Positions 1 through 12,289 of a stretch of 64,000 nucleotides of DNA are shown piece after piece. Source of the DNA: Nemertoderma westbladi (taxonomy: Eukaryota > Animalia > Xenacoelomorpha); assembly GCA_032718475.1 (NCBI GenBank), contig JAUCBJ010000468.1:40901-104900 (forward strand), read 5' to 3'. Each line of letters begins with the position of its first letter. Within the stretch, counting starts at the first letter, position 1. A model generated the notes under the pieces. It was not told the DNA's origin. It saw only the letters and a program-made list of their open reading frames with translations, and did not search any database. The translations under genes were made by a program, and so were the position numbers.

Positions 1-248
1 CGCCGTGAGGACCAGCCAGTGCATAATCTTGTACTTTGGCAGCATCATGGAGTGAATAAGCATGGTGGACAGCCCATGACTTTCTTGAGACGCATCTTAA
101 AGGACTCTGGCCTTAAAGATGCGGATGATCTAGCAAATGTCATGGGTGATAGGGAGTTGTGGCGGTGCAATTTTGTTGACAAGCCGGCACAGCATTCTTA
201 AAAATGCAGCTGCAATGCAGCATGCCGATCCTAGTAGTAGTAGTAGTA
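1..248 (+). mobile_element. RTE-clade LINE 3' fragment with (TAG)n tail
   Basis: Encodes HNLVLWQ-HG...GGQPMTF...DRELWR, typical of the RTE ORF C-terminus; ends CCGATCC(TAG)n; near-identical to 63200-63443. Confidence 0.75.
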
Positions 249-249
249 T

Positions 250-848
250 ATGGAGTTTGAGGACAGGGGATGTCAGAGGTAGATTGAGTGGGTGGACAAG
301 GGATGTTGGAGGTAGATGGAATGGGTGGACAGGGGATGTCGGAGGTAGATGGAGTGGGCGGACAGGGGATGTCAGAGGTAGATGGACTGGGTGGAAAGGG
401 GATGTCAGAGGTAGATTGAGTGGGTGGAGAAGGGATGTTGGAGGTAGATGGAATGGGTGGACAGGGGAAGTCAGAGGTAGATGGAGTTGGTGGACAGGGG
501 ATATCAGAAGTAGATGGAGTAGATGAACACGTGATGTAGGAGGTAGATGGAGTCGGCGGACAGGGGATATCAGAGGTAGATGGAGTGGGTGGACAGGGAA
601 TGTCGAGATTGATGGAGTGGGTGGACAGGGGATGTTGGAGGTAGATGGATTGGGTGGACAGGGGATGTCAGAAGTAGATGGAGTGGATGGACTGGGGGTA
701 TCGGAGGTAGATGGAGGGGGTGGACAGGGGATGTCAGAGGTAGATTGAGTGGGTGAGGAGGTGTTGGAGGTAGATGGATTGGGTGGATAGGGGATGTTGG
801 AGGTAGTTGGATTGGGTGGACAGGGGATGTTGGTGTTGGTAGATGGAG
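250..848. repeat. G-rich 33-bp minisatellite, about 18 imperfect copies
   Basis: Unit approx GACAGGGGATGTCAGAGGTAGATGGAGTGGGTG repeated in tandem. Confidence 0.9.
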
Positions 849-1639
849 TTATAAAGGATTTGATAATATTTATGAACTGGATGGAGAGAATAACATCGTA
901 CCAACAGTTAGAATATCCACGAAATCAGGGGATTTTGCATGGTAATGCCACACCACCAGCACAAAGCAGATGTCGATCTCCTGATGATAGACGTATTTGG
1001 GACTCTCATAAACACACATTGCGCGATGCTTGTTGCAAATATAAGTGCAAGTTCGGCTGTAAAGAGAAGATTAATGGTGAAAATCAATAGGAAATTCAAG
1101 ATACCTACTAGAGTTTACATAGTAATGATGAACGTAAGCAGCTTCTAATGAGATTTTTGAAAAATTATTTACTACATATTTCTCTGGTATAATTTTGACA
1201 TGAAATATAAATGCACAAGAATTAAATACCTATATTTCACCCCAGCCGTAAATCAAAAGTAATTAAACGGTAATAAAATCACCCTATTTAAATTTGTGAT
1301 ATGCAAAACACCCTAACAATTGCAATTCGTCGACCGTAAAAACACCCCATGCGAAAATTTTCATTATTGTGATATGCAAAGCACCCTACCGATATTTCTT
1401 ATCTCAGTGCTTAAGGTGAATCGAATTCGAATGAAAATTTAATATTTTGATATCAAAAGATTTTCCAATCTTTCCTCTTCCTAAACATATACTAAATCCT
1501 AAATATCACGATTCATTCATTACAGCAAACCGCCGAATTCGAAGTCCATTTACTCAAAACATGATTTTCCGCGAAAGGGTGTTTTAACTTCTGACGGCAG
1601 AGTTCCCAAGAAGGGCAACCTAACAATCTATGGTTTTTT

Positions 1640-3885
1640 TCGATTACTGCAAAGCTATACAATATAATTCTATTCAATCGTATCAGGGATCCCATTGAGA
1701 GACTGCTACGTGGAAATCAGAATGGGATCCGTAAAGGTCGTGGGACCATGGAGCCCAGTTTGGATAATTGGATAAGGATAATTGAAGAGTTATCAGAAAA
1801 GAAAGACAGGCATATGGTTGTGACTATATGGGATTCCGGATGAAACTATTGCAGCTTCAGATCAGATCAGATCAGTATACGATGGTTCGACAACATTTGT
1901 ATCTATTGTTAATGGTGACACAGAACCATTTGAAGTACTAGAAAGCCAGCAAGCTGGCTGGAAGGAGCCCGAGGGAAAAATCCTAGCCAAGACTATTACA
2001 AAGAACTATGTCAGTCAGCAGTAAGTAAACTAAAATTGTCTAAACTGCAAGGCGTGAGGCTAGCTGACTTTGTGGCTCGCCCCACATAATAAAAAATGCA
2101 ACTTAGCTACCACTAACAAAAATATAATATGAAGCAAATAATTTCATTATCAAGAACGTTTACAAGATATAAGATGCGATTACCGAATATTTATAAAAAA
2201 TGCCCATGATGCACAACCAGATAAATAACAACGAATAGAGCCAAATAACAAATTTAGTTTCCTTCTATAGGTATTACCCCGTCGTCAAGCGGAATATCTC
2301 TTCCCAGTGAATTCTATGTGAATATGTAATATAGGTACTCCTTAGGCGGTAGGCCAGAGCGGGCTCCTTAAATACATGCAACTACTGTATTATAGTGTAG
2401 GTCAACTATAAAACATTTTGCAATCCACAGTGAGTATCGACTGCAATAGGACACAACACACTGCTTTGTGTAACTAAAATTCATTCTCCTGATCCACCCC
2501 CTAACATAGCAGAGTGAGTAACCTTATTGTAGATATACCCTTAGGAAGCACTGTGAGAGCAATCAGCTTATGGGGTAATACATTAGAAACCAACAGCTTA
2601 TGTGTGAGTAAACATTGCCTTTCCTTATAGCCTACTAGTAAAACTTGGCAACCAACACGTTTTTCTATGACTGTGTATAACATATTAAGCCATATTTCAT
2701 CATGAACACCAGCTGTTATTTTACCATTGCTTTTAATTTCGCGACAAAACAATGTCAAAAAACTAAATATATCGAATACCACACATAGAATCGATCTGAA
2801 ATTTTGTAACGCAATTATGAACCACCAAAGCAATGTACTTGCAAAATTTCATCAAAATCGCCAGGCAGGAAGTTCCTTAACCTAGATAATTATCAGTCAG
2901 TATGTCAGTCAGTATGTCAGTCAGTGTAATGTATCCTGAAGATTCTTACAGTAAGTATCCCGCTGTCAAGCGGGCTCCTAATTATGGGGAGGAGACACAC
3001 TTGCGCCATTCTTGTTCATAATTGTGGTTGACTTTGTTCTACTCATGTCCTTAGATCAACATAATGATGAAGGGGTGATGGTAACTCCACCTAGTGGCTC
3101 CAGAAGTCGAGGAAAATACTGCCAAGTACCTAACTGATCTAGACTTTTCTTATGACTTTTAGAACAGGCTGGTTCTAGTGTTGGTCTTTTTATTAACTCC
3201 AAAAAGACCAACATTTTGACAGTTCACTTTAAAAGTCCTCAGCAAGTCTCTTACCGAATGATAATATGTTCAAAGAATGGTATGCTTGAGCATGTGGACG
3301 ACTTCTGTTACCTGGGATCGTGGATCCGGAAGTCAGATGAGGACCTTCGAATACGTAAGAGAAAGGCATGGGCAGCTATGAATGGGCTTTCTAGGATTTG
3401 GAAGTCACATAGAATTCATCAGAAACTTAAGGTCAGATTATTTAGAGCAGCAGTAGTCCAGTACTCCTCTATGGGAGTCCATGATGGGCTCTAACTGCTG
3501 AGGACACCAAATTTCTGGATTGCACATTCACAAGAATGCTACACCTGGTCTACAGTGTCAAGTACAATGGACACATCTCCAACCAGACACTATATAACAT
3601 TGGAGGTGTCGCATTGGTTCCCCCAAGCTTGACACTAGAACTTTCGGCTCACGGCTTTCACCCTGAGGACCAGCCAATGCATAATCATGTGCTTTAGCGG
3701 CCTCATGGCGTGAATAAGCATGGTCTACAGCCCCTGACTTTCTTGTGACGCATTGAAGATCCGGATGATATAGCAAATGTCATGGCTAATAGGGAGTTGT
3801 GGAGGCGCAATTTTGTCGACAAGCCGGCACAGCATTCAACACAACTGCAATGCTGCATGCCGATCCTAGTAGTAGTAGTAGTAGA
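1640..3885 (+). mobile_element. Degenerate RTE-clade LINE (RT region to tail), interrupted by other repeats at ~1950-2980
   Basis: KLYNIILFNRIRDPIERLLRGNQNGIRKGRGT (~1650), GDTLAPFLFIIVVDF (~2990), VDDFCYLGSWI...LKVRLFRAAV (3216-3494), (TAG)n tail at ~3867-3884. Confidence 0.75.
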
Positions 3886-4559
3886 CAAATTCTTAGTTGA
3901 AACAAACTGATAATTCAGACTGAGTATTTCTTTTTATATGTTCAATGGTATGACATGTGTGATAAATTAAAGCTGCCTTACTCAATTAATATTTAAAATC
4001 AAAGTTTAGCAGTTACTCGCCTGTCTATGTTTTAAATGTCGTGCATAGATTGATTGTATACTTCAATTACCATTCAAGTGGCCAATTAGGGCATTTATTT
4101 CTGCGATTACAGGTGGTTATTATTGAATTTAACTACTTCTATCTATGGCAAATTTTTTTATTTAATAATTTAGACATTTTGTTACTAATGATCAAAACTC
4201 GAATCAATTAATAACGATTAATAACGATTACTGTAAGAACTGGCAGGCTGTCTAATTAGGAACCCAGAGGTTATTACTGTGGGGCGAGCCACGAAGTGAG
4301 TGAGCCTTAGCGTAGTGGTACCATTAATCAACCTGTCGTTCTGTCGCGTTTTTTTTTCAGTATTTTATTTTAAACGTTAATAACTCGGCCAATCCTTGAT
4401 GAAATCTATCCAAACTTGGTACACATGTTGTTTGGCAAAAGTTTGAAAATTTTCCAAGTAGAATTTGCGTGGGGCCTTCGTGCAGCATCAGTGTAACTGT
4501 TATTGTAGTTATAATATATTTATTTATCCAAAATTAACATGCGTTAAATTATTATTACT

Positions 4560-4818
4560 TGTTCAGGCTCGTTAAAATAATATTAAATGTAAGATATTAA
4601 TTTTACCAATGAACAGAAAATAATATAATCTAAAAAGACTCTCAACAATAACCGTAACCCAATATATGCAATGATACATCTAGTTCAAACAGCTTATATA
4701 AAACCCACCACCAGTAGAGTTTATTTCTGTTAAACAAACAATTACAATTAGTACATTTAAATCCTGTAACCAATATTCTATGAGCAATATAGTAATCATT
4801 GCTACAAGACACCGAACA
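4560..4818 (-). repeat. 3' LTR of Gypsy element
   Basis: TG...CA ends; direct repeat of 9653-9911. Confidence 0.95.
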
Positions 4819-4904
4819 TGCCCCTCCTAGATCTTTGAATTCATGAAAATGATCGATTATATTTTGTGTATGAGTTAATCAAGTTTATTGTCCAGGAATG
4901 TCGG

Positions 4905-7900
4905 CTAATGTTCGATACCCAGTCTCGCCGGAGGTCTAGATATTCGTGTGGATCGTCGAAATATCTTGGTCTCTATTTTATGAGGTATATTTTCAGAGCA
5001 TTGCCTTTGAGTAGGTGTTGGTCGCAAGAAACGTCTGTTGAGTAAAGTTGTTCGTCCAGAAGGAAATAAAACATAATAGCTTCTACCTCCCTCACGAACA
5101 TCTGTGACTTTTCCAATTCTGTCCCATAAGCGACTGACAGGGTGTTGTACATAAACAGTGGTACCTACTGAGATAGGTTGTAAGCTGTGCGAGTGTTCGT
5201 CATAACGAGACTTTGCAGCTATGTCTTTCTGTCTTCTAGCTGCAGCAACATGTTCATCTATTTTGTCCATGGAACTGCCCCAATAAGTATTAAGTGCAGC
5301 ACGACTTATGGGTAGACGTGTGCGGGTTTGGCGTCCAAATAGCATTATAGATGGTGATGGATGGTGTGCATCACGTGGTGTATTACGCCATTCCAAAAGT
5401 CCTTCTAAGAAATCGGCCTTATCAAATGTGCCATTAGTTGATGTATTCTTTATTACAAGTCCTTTAATAGCTTTTACTGCTGACTCTGCGTGCCCATTGC
5501 TTTGCGGATAGTAGGCACTGCTACTAACATGTTTTACGTTCCAGTTTTTACAAAAATTGGCAAACTCAATAGAGGAATACTGCGGTCCACCATCAGTACG
5601 GAGCAGAATAGGTACGCCGGTTTCACAGAAGTATTCCATAATGATTGTTTTTACTTGATATGTTGAAGGAGTAAATTTTCCGAAATGGTAAACATTAGGC
5701 CACCCGCTATATCTGTCAACATAGACCATAAACGTATTTCCGCCATGGCTAAATAGATCCGATGATGCTTGCTCAAAGGGGCGTTTTGGTATAGGATCCT
5801 GTAATATCATTGGCTCTTGGGTTTGGCTGGGTCTGTGACATTGACAAGTTTCACAATTATCTATAATATTTTTTATATCAGAACGTATGCCTGGCCAGAA
5901 ATATAATTGGTGAGCGCGCTCCCATGTACGGCGATATCCTTGGTGGGAGGAATGTAGACGATGAAGAATTTCTTTGCGGGCTAGAATCGGGACAACTATT
6001 CGTTTGCCATAAATGACAAGGTCGTCCTGGATGGAAAATTCTTTAATTAGGTTTTTATATAGTGAGAGTTCAGATGGTGTGGCTTTTTTGGAACCCGATA
6101 TGATTGAGGATCGTAGAAGCTCATATTCTTTATCACCATTTGCGGCTGTGTATAACATTTCATGACTAGGGTCAATATTATTGCTGTGAGAGGAGATTAT
6201 GGTCCTAACATGTAATGCAATAGTTTCAGATTGGGTAATATCCTCCTCAGTTGGGTTGCTAACCGGAGATCTGGAAAGCGCGTCAGCAAATTTATTATCC
6301 TTTCCAGGTATCCATTCGGCTTTGATATTATATCCACAAAGTTTTTCCTTGAGACGTTGTAAGCGTGGATTTTCAATGACATGCAAGAGTTTGTCATTTA
6401 TTATTGACCGCAGTGGCTTATGATCTGTTTTTACTGTGAATGATGGACAGCCTTGAAGAAATACTCTGCACTTCTTGACTCCCCAAACTACGGCTAGAAG
6501 TTCTAGTTCACATACAGCCCAGTTGCACTCTGTAGGTGTGATGAATCGGCTGCCACAAGTAACTAAGTGCCAGCCATCTGGATGTTTCTGGGTCAAAGTG
6601 TAGCCTAACCCGTCTCTAGATGCGTCTGTGTTTAAAGCAGTCGGTAGGTTGATATCGAAAGGTTTCAGAATGGCTGGGTTTGACATAACATTTTTTATCA
6701 CCTCAAATGCTGCTGTATGATCTGGTGTCCATGTAAATGAATTTTTAGTGCTTAGTAGACCTTTTAATGGGGCCAATGATGGTGCTACTTTATTTGAAAA
6801 CGATCTCATCTGCTGCACTAGGCCGAAAAAGGATCTTAAATCTGTAATATTTTTGGGTATAGGGAACTGTTTGATTGATTCTATCTTTGTAGGGTCGCAT
6901 TTTATTCCATTGCGGCCGATTCGGAGACCGATAAATTCAACCTCTGGTTGACCGAAAATGAATTTGTCCTTAGACAGAGTGATGTTGAACTTGCGACAAC
7001 GCTCAAGAACTGTTCTTACGATCTCTGTATGATTTTCGAACGTTACAGTATGGACTAAAAGATCATCCACGATTTTCTCCATGTTCTTTATATCGACGAA
7101 TGCTGCATCACCCCAAATGCAGAAGACGTCACCAGCTGAACTTAGACCCATTGGCGCCCGTAAAAACATGTAACAACCCCATGGGGTCATGAAGCAGGTG
7201 AGTGGTTGGCTTGATTCCGCCAAAGGTATTTGCCAATAACCCTTGGCGGCATCTATAGTTGAGAAAAATTGTGCCTCTGGATTAAGGCTTGCAATAATAT
7301 CTGCTGGGCATTTAAATGGGTGAACCGGTCTTTCAACATAGTCATTGAGTTTGCTATAATCTATGCATATTCTGATGCCTCCCCTTGGTTTTTCAGTGAC
7401 GACCATTGGTGCTACCCATGTTGGTGGAGGCTTCCCTGGGATGGGTTCTACTTTTTTAATAATTTGTAGCTGTACCATTCTTGACAGTTCTGCTTTAGTT
7501 TCTGCTTCGAGGTGAACAGGAATTTTGCGTGAAGTGTAAATTTTAAATGGAACAGCGTTAGGTTTAAGATGAATTTCCATTTCTGGTACGTTCATAGGTT
7601 TAGACTTTGAGGTATCAAATACATCTGAATATTCAGCTAGTAACTCGGCTCTAGTACTATCGGCAGCGGAGATCGCATGAACTTGTGGTACTACATATTC
7701 TGGTATTGGATATGATTCAGGAATTATTTTTAGTGATTTGAGTGTATACCATGGTAAAATGAAAGTTGAACCGACTTTGGTAACAACGGCTAATAAAGGA
7801 ACTGATATTCCATAATATTCCACATTGAGATTAATTACGCCACATGTTTGAATAAGCTGCTTATTCGCTGCATATATTCTAGGAGAATGTGAAGTGTTTA

Positions 7901-9536
7901 TATTTTGGATCATGCCATGCGCTAACAAAATATCGTATGGGATAACAGGTGCATCCGCACCTGTATCTGGTAATGCATCAGTTATAAATTCTCCATTGAT
8001 AATTACCTTGGCCATGGGGGCTTTTCGGGTGATAGTTTGGAATGTTGGCTCGTTTGAGGGATAATGGGACACATGTACAACATGTGGTAATGTATTGATG
8101 TCTTGCGTTTTGTGATAATCTCCTGAGACGTAATTTAGGTAGTGGTGAGCACCGAGAGTGGAATACATTTGAGACTGGTGTTCGTCTGATTGATTATTAT
8201 CGGGTGACTGATCATTGCTGCATATTGTGCCTGGTAGACTGCATATTTTATTATAATTCGCAGCTTGAGGGAAGGCCTTGCATACTGCTGGAAAGTGGCC
8301 TATTTTATAACACTTTGTGCATTGTTTCCTGTCTGCCGGGCATTTTGATCGGTCATTTCGATGAGATGTAGATCCACCGCACCAGACGCAAGGTCTGGTT
8401 ACCATAGTTGGTGGCGCTCTATATACAGATTGCTGAGGGGGGCGATATATTGGATTCCTCCTTTTGTTAGGATAACTTTTTTCAGTCTTAGTTGGTAGAG
8501 CCTGAATTGTTTGTATACCTTGTTCATGTTCAGTATTTGATGGAAATATTAAATGTGATTGTAGAGTATGTAAAGCTTGTGCAACCTCGGGATTATTTGA
8601 TGGTATTTGCTGTATATGAGATATTCCTGCAAGGGCAGTAGTTTCCGTATCGCCCTTTACAAAAGCAATACAAATATTCTTGACAATATTTACAGTAAGT
8701 TTAGGTTTATCTAGTGCAAACAACTTACGTTGAAGTTCTTGGTTGTTAATACCGCACATAATTCGAGTTACTAAGTGATCGGCGGCACATGTACACCCAG
8801 TCGCAGGTTCTGCGAGTTCCTGTAGAGATTGGAGTCTTTCAAAGAAAGCTTCAAACGACTCACCGGGTAATTGGGTTGATCGATCAAAATCGCAGCGACG
8901 TCGAGCCAAACTAACCTTATTTGTGAAATAGATTTCCACTGTATGAAGTATTTCACTAACTGACATTGTAGTATTTTCTGGGATCTCCATAGTGTATTTC
9001 ATTTTTGTTATCATATCTTCACTAATACAAGCACGCAGATGTCCCAATTGCTCTGTTTGAGGCATACTGGACATGCTATTAATGTTATAATAGTCATTAA
9101 ACTTAGATCGCCACGCTTTATATGCTGTCAGAGAGATTGATGGAATGAGTTGATTTGGTTGGCTACTGCGTTCTATACGTCTTGGTTGATTTGGAAATCT
9201 TGCGGTAGGTAAAGGCTGATTTAAATTGCATTTGCGCTGAATTACAAACATATGGTTGTTTAGTTCATCGATTCGAATAGTGTCTCTATCATTCTCATCT
9301 GTTGGTTGAATGCCCAGAACGTCGATATGTGCGTTGCTATAGCGTACTACTGCTGCGTTATAAGCATCGGCCTTTGCCCGCAATGAGTCTATATCGTCGT
9401 TTGTCGTATTGTCGATGCCGGCCTGAGAAATATCGTTGTAGGCAGCCTCGTAACGGGCTCGTGCGCTGTTGGTCAACCCATATAAAGCTGATCGTATATT
9501 TTTTGCTCGTTTTAAGGTAGCAGCGTCATCGGCCAT
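4905..9536 (-). CDS. Gag-Pol polyprotein (gag with two Zn knuckles, protease, RT, RNase H, integrase), 1543 aa
   Basis: CTKCYKIGHFPAVC knuckle; DTGA protease; RICIDYSKLN, DAAKGYWQI, APMGL, IVDD (RT); TDAS...ELELLAV...TDHKPL (RNase H); H-H-C-C, SDLF, TDGGPQY, SNGHAE (integrase); PR-RT-RH-IN order. Confidence 0.95.
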   Translation of the reverse strand: MADDAATLKRAKNIRSALYGLTNSARARYEAAYNDISQAGIDNTTNDDIDSLRAKADAYNAAVVRYSNAHIDVLGIQPTDENDRDTIRIDELNNHMFVIQRKCNLNQPLPTARFPNQPRRIERSSQPNQLIPSISLTAYKAWRSKFNDYYNINSMSSMPQTEQLGHLRACISEDMITKMKYTMEIPENTTMSVSEILHTVEIYFTNKVSLARRRCDFDRSTQLPGESFEAFFERLQSLQELAEPATGCTCAADHLVTRIMCGINNQELQRKLFALDKPKLTVNIVKNICIAFVKGDTETTALAGISHIQQIPSNNPEVAQALHTLQSHLIFPSNTEHEQGIQTIQALPTKTEKSYPNKRRNPIYRPPQQSVYRAPPTMVTRPCVWCGGSTSHRNDRSKCPADRKQCTKCYKIGHFPAVCKAFPQAANYNKICSLPGTICSNDQSPDNNQSDEHQSQMYSTLGAHHYLNYVSGDYHKTQDINTLPHVVHVSHYPSNEPTFQTITRKAPMAKVIINGEFITDALPDTGADAPVIPYDILLAHGMIQNINTSHSPRIYAANKQLIQTCGVINLNVEYYGISVPLLAVVTKVGSTFILPWYTLKSLKIIPESYPIPEYVVPQVHAISAADSTRAELLAEYSDVFDTSKSKPMNVPEMEIHLKPNAVPFKIYTSRKIPVHLEAETKAELSRMVQLQIIKKVEPIPGKPPPTWVAPMVVTEKPRGGIRICIDYSKLNDYVERPVHPFKCPADIIASLNPEAQFFSTIDAAKGYWQIPLAESSQPLTCFMTPWGCYMFLRAPMGLSSAGDVFCIWGDAAFVDIKNMEKIVDDLLVHTVTFENHTEIVRTVLERCRKFNITLSKDKFIFGQPEVEFIGLRIGRNGIKCDPTKIESIKQFPIPKNITDLRSFFGLVQQMRSFSNKVAPSLAPLKGLLSTKNSFTWTPDHTAAFEVIKNVMSNPAILKPFDINLPTALNTDASRDGLGYTLTQKHPDGWHLVTCGSRFITPTECNWAVCELELLAVVWGVKKCRVFLQGCPSFTVKTDHKPLRSIINDKLLHVIENPRLQRLKEKLCGYNIKAEWIPGKDNKFADALSRSPVSNPTEEDITQSETIALHVRTIISSHSNNIDPSHEMLYTAANGDKEYELLRSSIISGSKKATPSELSLYKNLIKEFSIQDDLVIYGKRIVVPILARKEILHRLHSSHQGYRRTWERAHQLYFWPGIRSDIKNIIDNCETCQCHRPSQTQEPMILQDPIPKRPFEQASSDLFSHGGNTFMVYVDRYSGWPNVYHFGKFTPSTYQVKTIIMEYFCETGVPILLRTDGGPQYSSIEFANFCKNWNVKHVSSSAYYPQSNGHAESAVKAIKGLVIKNTSTNGTFDKADFLEGLLEWRNTPRDAHHPSPSIMLFGRQTRTRLPISRAALNTYWGSSMDKIDEHVAAARRQKDIAAKSRYDEHSHSLQPISVGTTVYVQHPVSRLWDRIGKVTDVREGGRSYYVLFPSGRTTLLNRRFLRPTPTQRQCSENIPHKIETKIFRRSTRISRPPARLGIEH

Positions 9537-9652
9537 ATTGGTATTATTGTAGCAATTTACAATAAATTTATAATAAATAAGTTTTAATAATTAATTAATT
9601 AATTAATAATAATACATAATATTTATGAGTAGGTTTAATCTACGCTGCGCCA

Positions 9653-9911
9653 TGTTCAGGCTCGTTAAAATAATATTAAATGTAAGATATTAATTTTACC
9701 AATGAACAGAAAATAATATAATCTAAAAAGACTCTCAACAATAACCGTAACCCAATATATGCAATGATACATCTAGTTCAAACAGCTTATATAAAACCCA
9801 CCACCAGTAGAGTTTATTTCTGTTAAACAAACAATTACAATTAGTACATTTAAATCCTGTAACCAATATTCTATGAGCAATATAGTAATCATTGCTACAA
9901 GACACCGAATA
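9653..9911 (-). repeat. 5' LTR of Gypsy element
   Basis: By eye identical to 4560-4818 except position 9910 (C>T), so the minus-strand end reads TA instead of TG. Confidence 0.95.
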
Positions 9912-11196
9912 TTACTGTAGGATAAATCAGCTGGTTTTCTGACAAATTTTGCAAAACATAGGGGCTGTCTGCCAATCTGCATGTACCATTTGTACCGGTA
10001 CTGTCAGGCTGTACTCAATTCCTGAATCGAGAATTCTGCAATCAATCAATACTGCAATACAGGTCAGCCGGTACCATACACTGCAGACATGCCATATCAT
10101 GTAATCTAAACATGGCCCCGGAAACCCTTGCGGTGATTATAGTTTAGGCCTAATTAGCCTAGTACCGGTAATAATAGGCCTAATATAATAGTTTAGATAG
10201 TTCAGTAGTTACCGCTAATCATTCAGTCATTGGCACGGTACACCGTATTGCTGTACTGCCGTTGTAGTGCGCACCGTAGGTACCACCCATGCGTAGGCTG
10301 ACTGTGCTGATTATGGTACTGTCAGACTGTGGTACCTAAGCTATATACTGTTAGGTATATTGCTGTATTGGGGTGGGGTTAGGAATAATCCATTTGTTTT
10401 AGCATTGAACTGTTGAATCCCCTTATTTATTATAAAACCATTGGAAATATTCGCAAATGCCGCTCCATTACTGTCTGAAACGCTCCCGACAGTCCGATGT
10501 ATCTGGACCCGAGCAGCCGAGTTGCTTCAAGAGGTGATTAACGGGGGAATACTACGGAATTGCTTGTTTGTCAGTCTGTCAGTACGATTCTATTTGGGTA
10601 TTTACTACATTCAGACACTGGGAATACAGCGGTCGGTCAGATCGTAATGCGGGTCACTGCCAAGTTCATCATGCCTCACTCCGGTCACCCACCTTGGAGT
10701 GCGGTGGGAAGAGTCCCACTTACTGACTTACGTCGACGACTGGACGAATCGACGAGGATTGCGATCTGGGTTTAGCGGCGGCCCGGATCCAGGGATCACC
10801 TGGGGGAAATGGTTGAACGTTGGGCAGACGTTATCGCACTGGATTACGTTCTCTGTGACGCGAAAGTGTGAAGCGAATTCGTTGTCGAATTGGGTCGGAA
10901 GCTGCGGGAATTCTACTGTTCTACGGGAGTAAACCGCAGCGGTCCGTTGATTACGGACGGATACTACTGGGATAAGCAGGTATTTCGATCGAGTTTCTCG
11001 TATTCTCGATGCTCGAGGCGGATAAAGAGTTGGTTGTGTTGGGCGGTGTTGTTCAATTCTATCAAACATATTAAATAATTGGTAAAATAATAAAAACACA
11101 CCAGATAAAGATACTGGGCTTATGGTAAAGAGATAGGCCGAACTTACAATTTCCAAATAGATTGTTCATATAATAAATATATTTTTGGTATTTGAT

Positions 11197-11472
11197 TTCA
11201 AGATAGGGGGGGGGGGGGGGGGGGGGGGGAACTGGACGCAATAAAAATTCATCCCTCTCCAGGGGAAATTGGACGCAAATAACAACAGCTGATTACTCTC
11301 AAAAATAAAACTGTAACCTGTTCTATTGTGTTTACTTTATTGTTTTGGTTAAAATAACGTGCCACTGTAACCTGCTCCTTTCCCAAAATTTAGAAATTAA
11401 TATTGAAGCGGGATATTAATTTGCCAAGATGGGATTTGCGTCCAGTCCCACCCCCCTCCTATCTCTTGATTT
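11197..11472. mobile_element. Small inverted-repeat element (MITE-like)
   Basis: TCAAGATAGG(G)n..ACTGGACGCAA mirrored by TTGCGTCCAGT..CCTATCTCTTGA. Confidence 0.5.
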
Positions 11473-12289
11473 CACTAAAAAATAGAATACATTGCATTTT
11501 ACTGTTATAATTACTGTATTGAATAAAATAATTAATTGATTGTTTATTAAACCGTGCTAAGCACGTTGAACTGGAGCTCTAACAATTCCCCACTAGCGGC
11601 AGACAGGAACTGTAAAAGTCTCTGTAGAATTTCTAATTAAGCAATGCTCTTAGGGAACTACTACTAAATTTCAGATGGATCTGATCGTTGGTTCTATAAT
11701 TACAGCTATTTTTACGTTTCTGTTAATTCGCCCCCTAGCGGCAGACCGGGGAACTGTAGAAGTCTGTCTGTGTGTAGAATTTCAAAATTTTTTTAAAGAC
11801 TACAAGTGTACCAAGTTTGGTTCCATTTCATCCATGATTGACCGATTAGCGTTCAAACATTCCTGCCACGAATAAAAGCTGCAGGAACTCGAGCGATAAT
11901 TAATTTATTTATTATTAAATACTGTTTCAATTAAATTCTTTACGAAAATCTAGTCATCTTCTTTTAAATATGGACCCTGCATTCATGGAAAATATAATAT
12001 TTGATAATTCATCAGTCAGCCTACGCTAATTTCACAGCAAAGTCCTTGTCATGGCCTGTGTGTAGTAGGCCATGGTACCACCCTACTACCGGTACCGGCT
12101 GACCGGTGGCAACTAGCACTTGCACAGCAACAGCCCTACCGGCGATACACAGGTTGGAATTTATGTAGAGTTTGCTCAACAGTACAGATATAAAATAGTT
12201 ATCTAAATTATCTATATTACTATTGACAAGTATTGAAATATATACCGTTATTCGTATTTGCAACATCTGACATTGGAGAGGTGAGAGAA

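Larger units (their letters stand above)
4560..9911 (-). mobile_element. Full-length Ty3/Gypsy LTR retrotransposon (Mag-like)
   Basis: 259-bp LTRs at 4560-4818 and 9653-9911; 5-bp TSD TTACT (4555-4559, 9912-9916); PBS TGGCGCAGCG next to 5' LTR; PPT AGGAGGGGCA next to 3' LTR; single gag-pol ORF. Confidence 0.95.

Noticed and set aside
137-526. 129-aa Gly/Trp/Arg-rich ORF
   Set aside because: Translation of the RTE tail plus the 33-bp minisatellite
10440-11050. GC-richer island with short overlapping ORFs
   Set aside because: No recognisable protein or RNA motif and no clear boundaries
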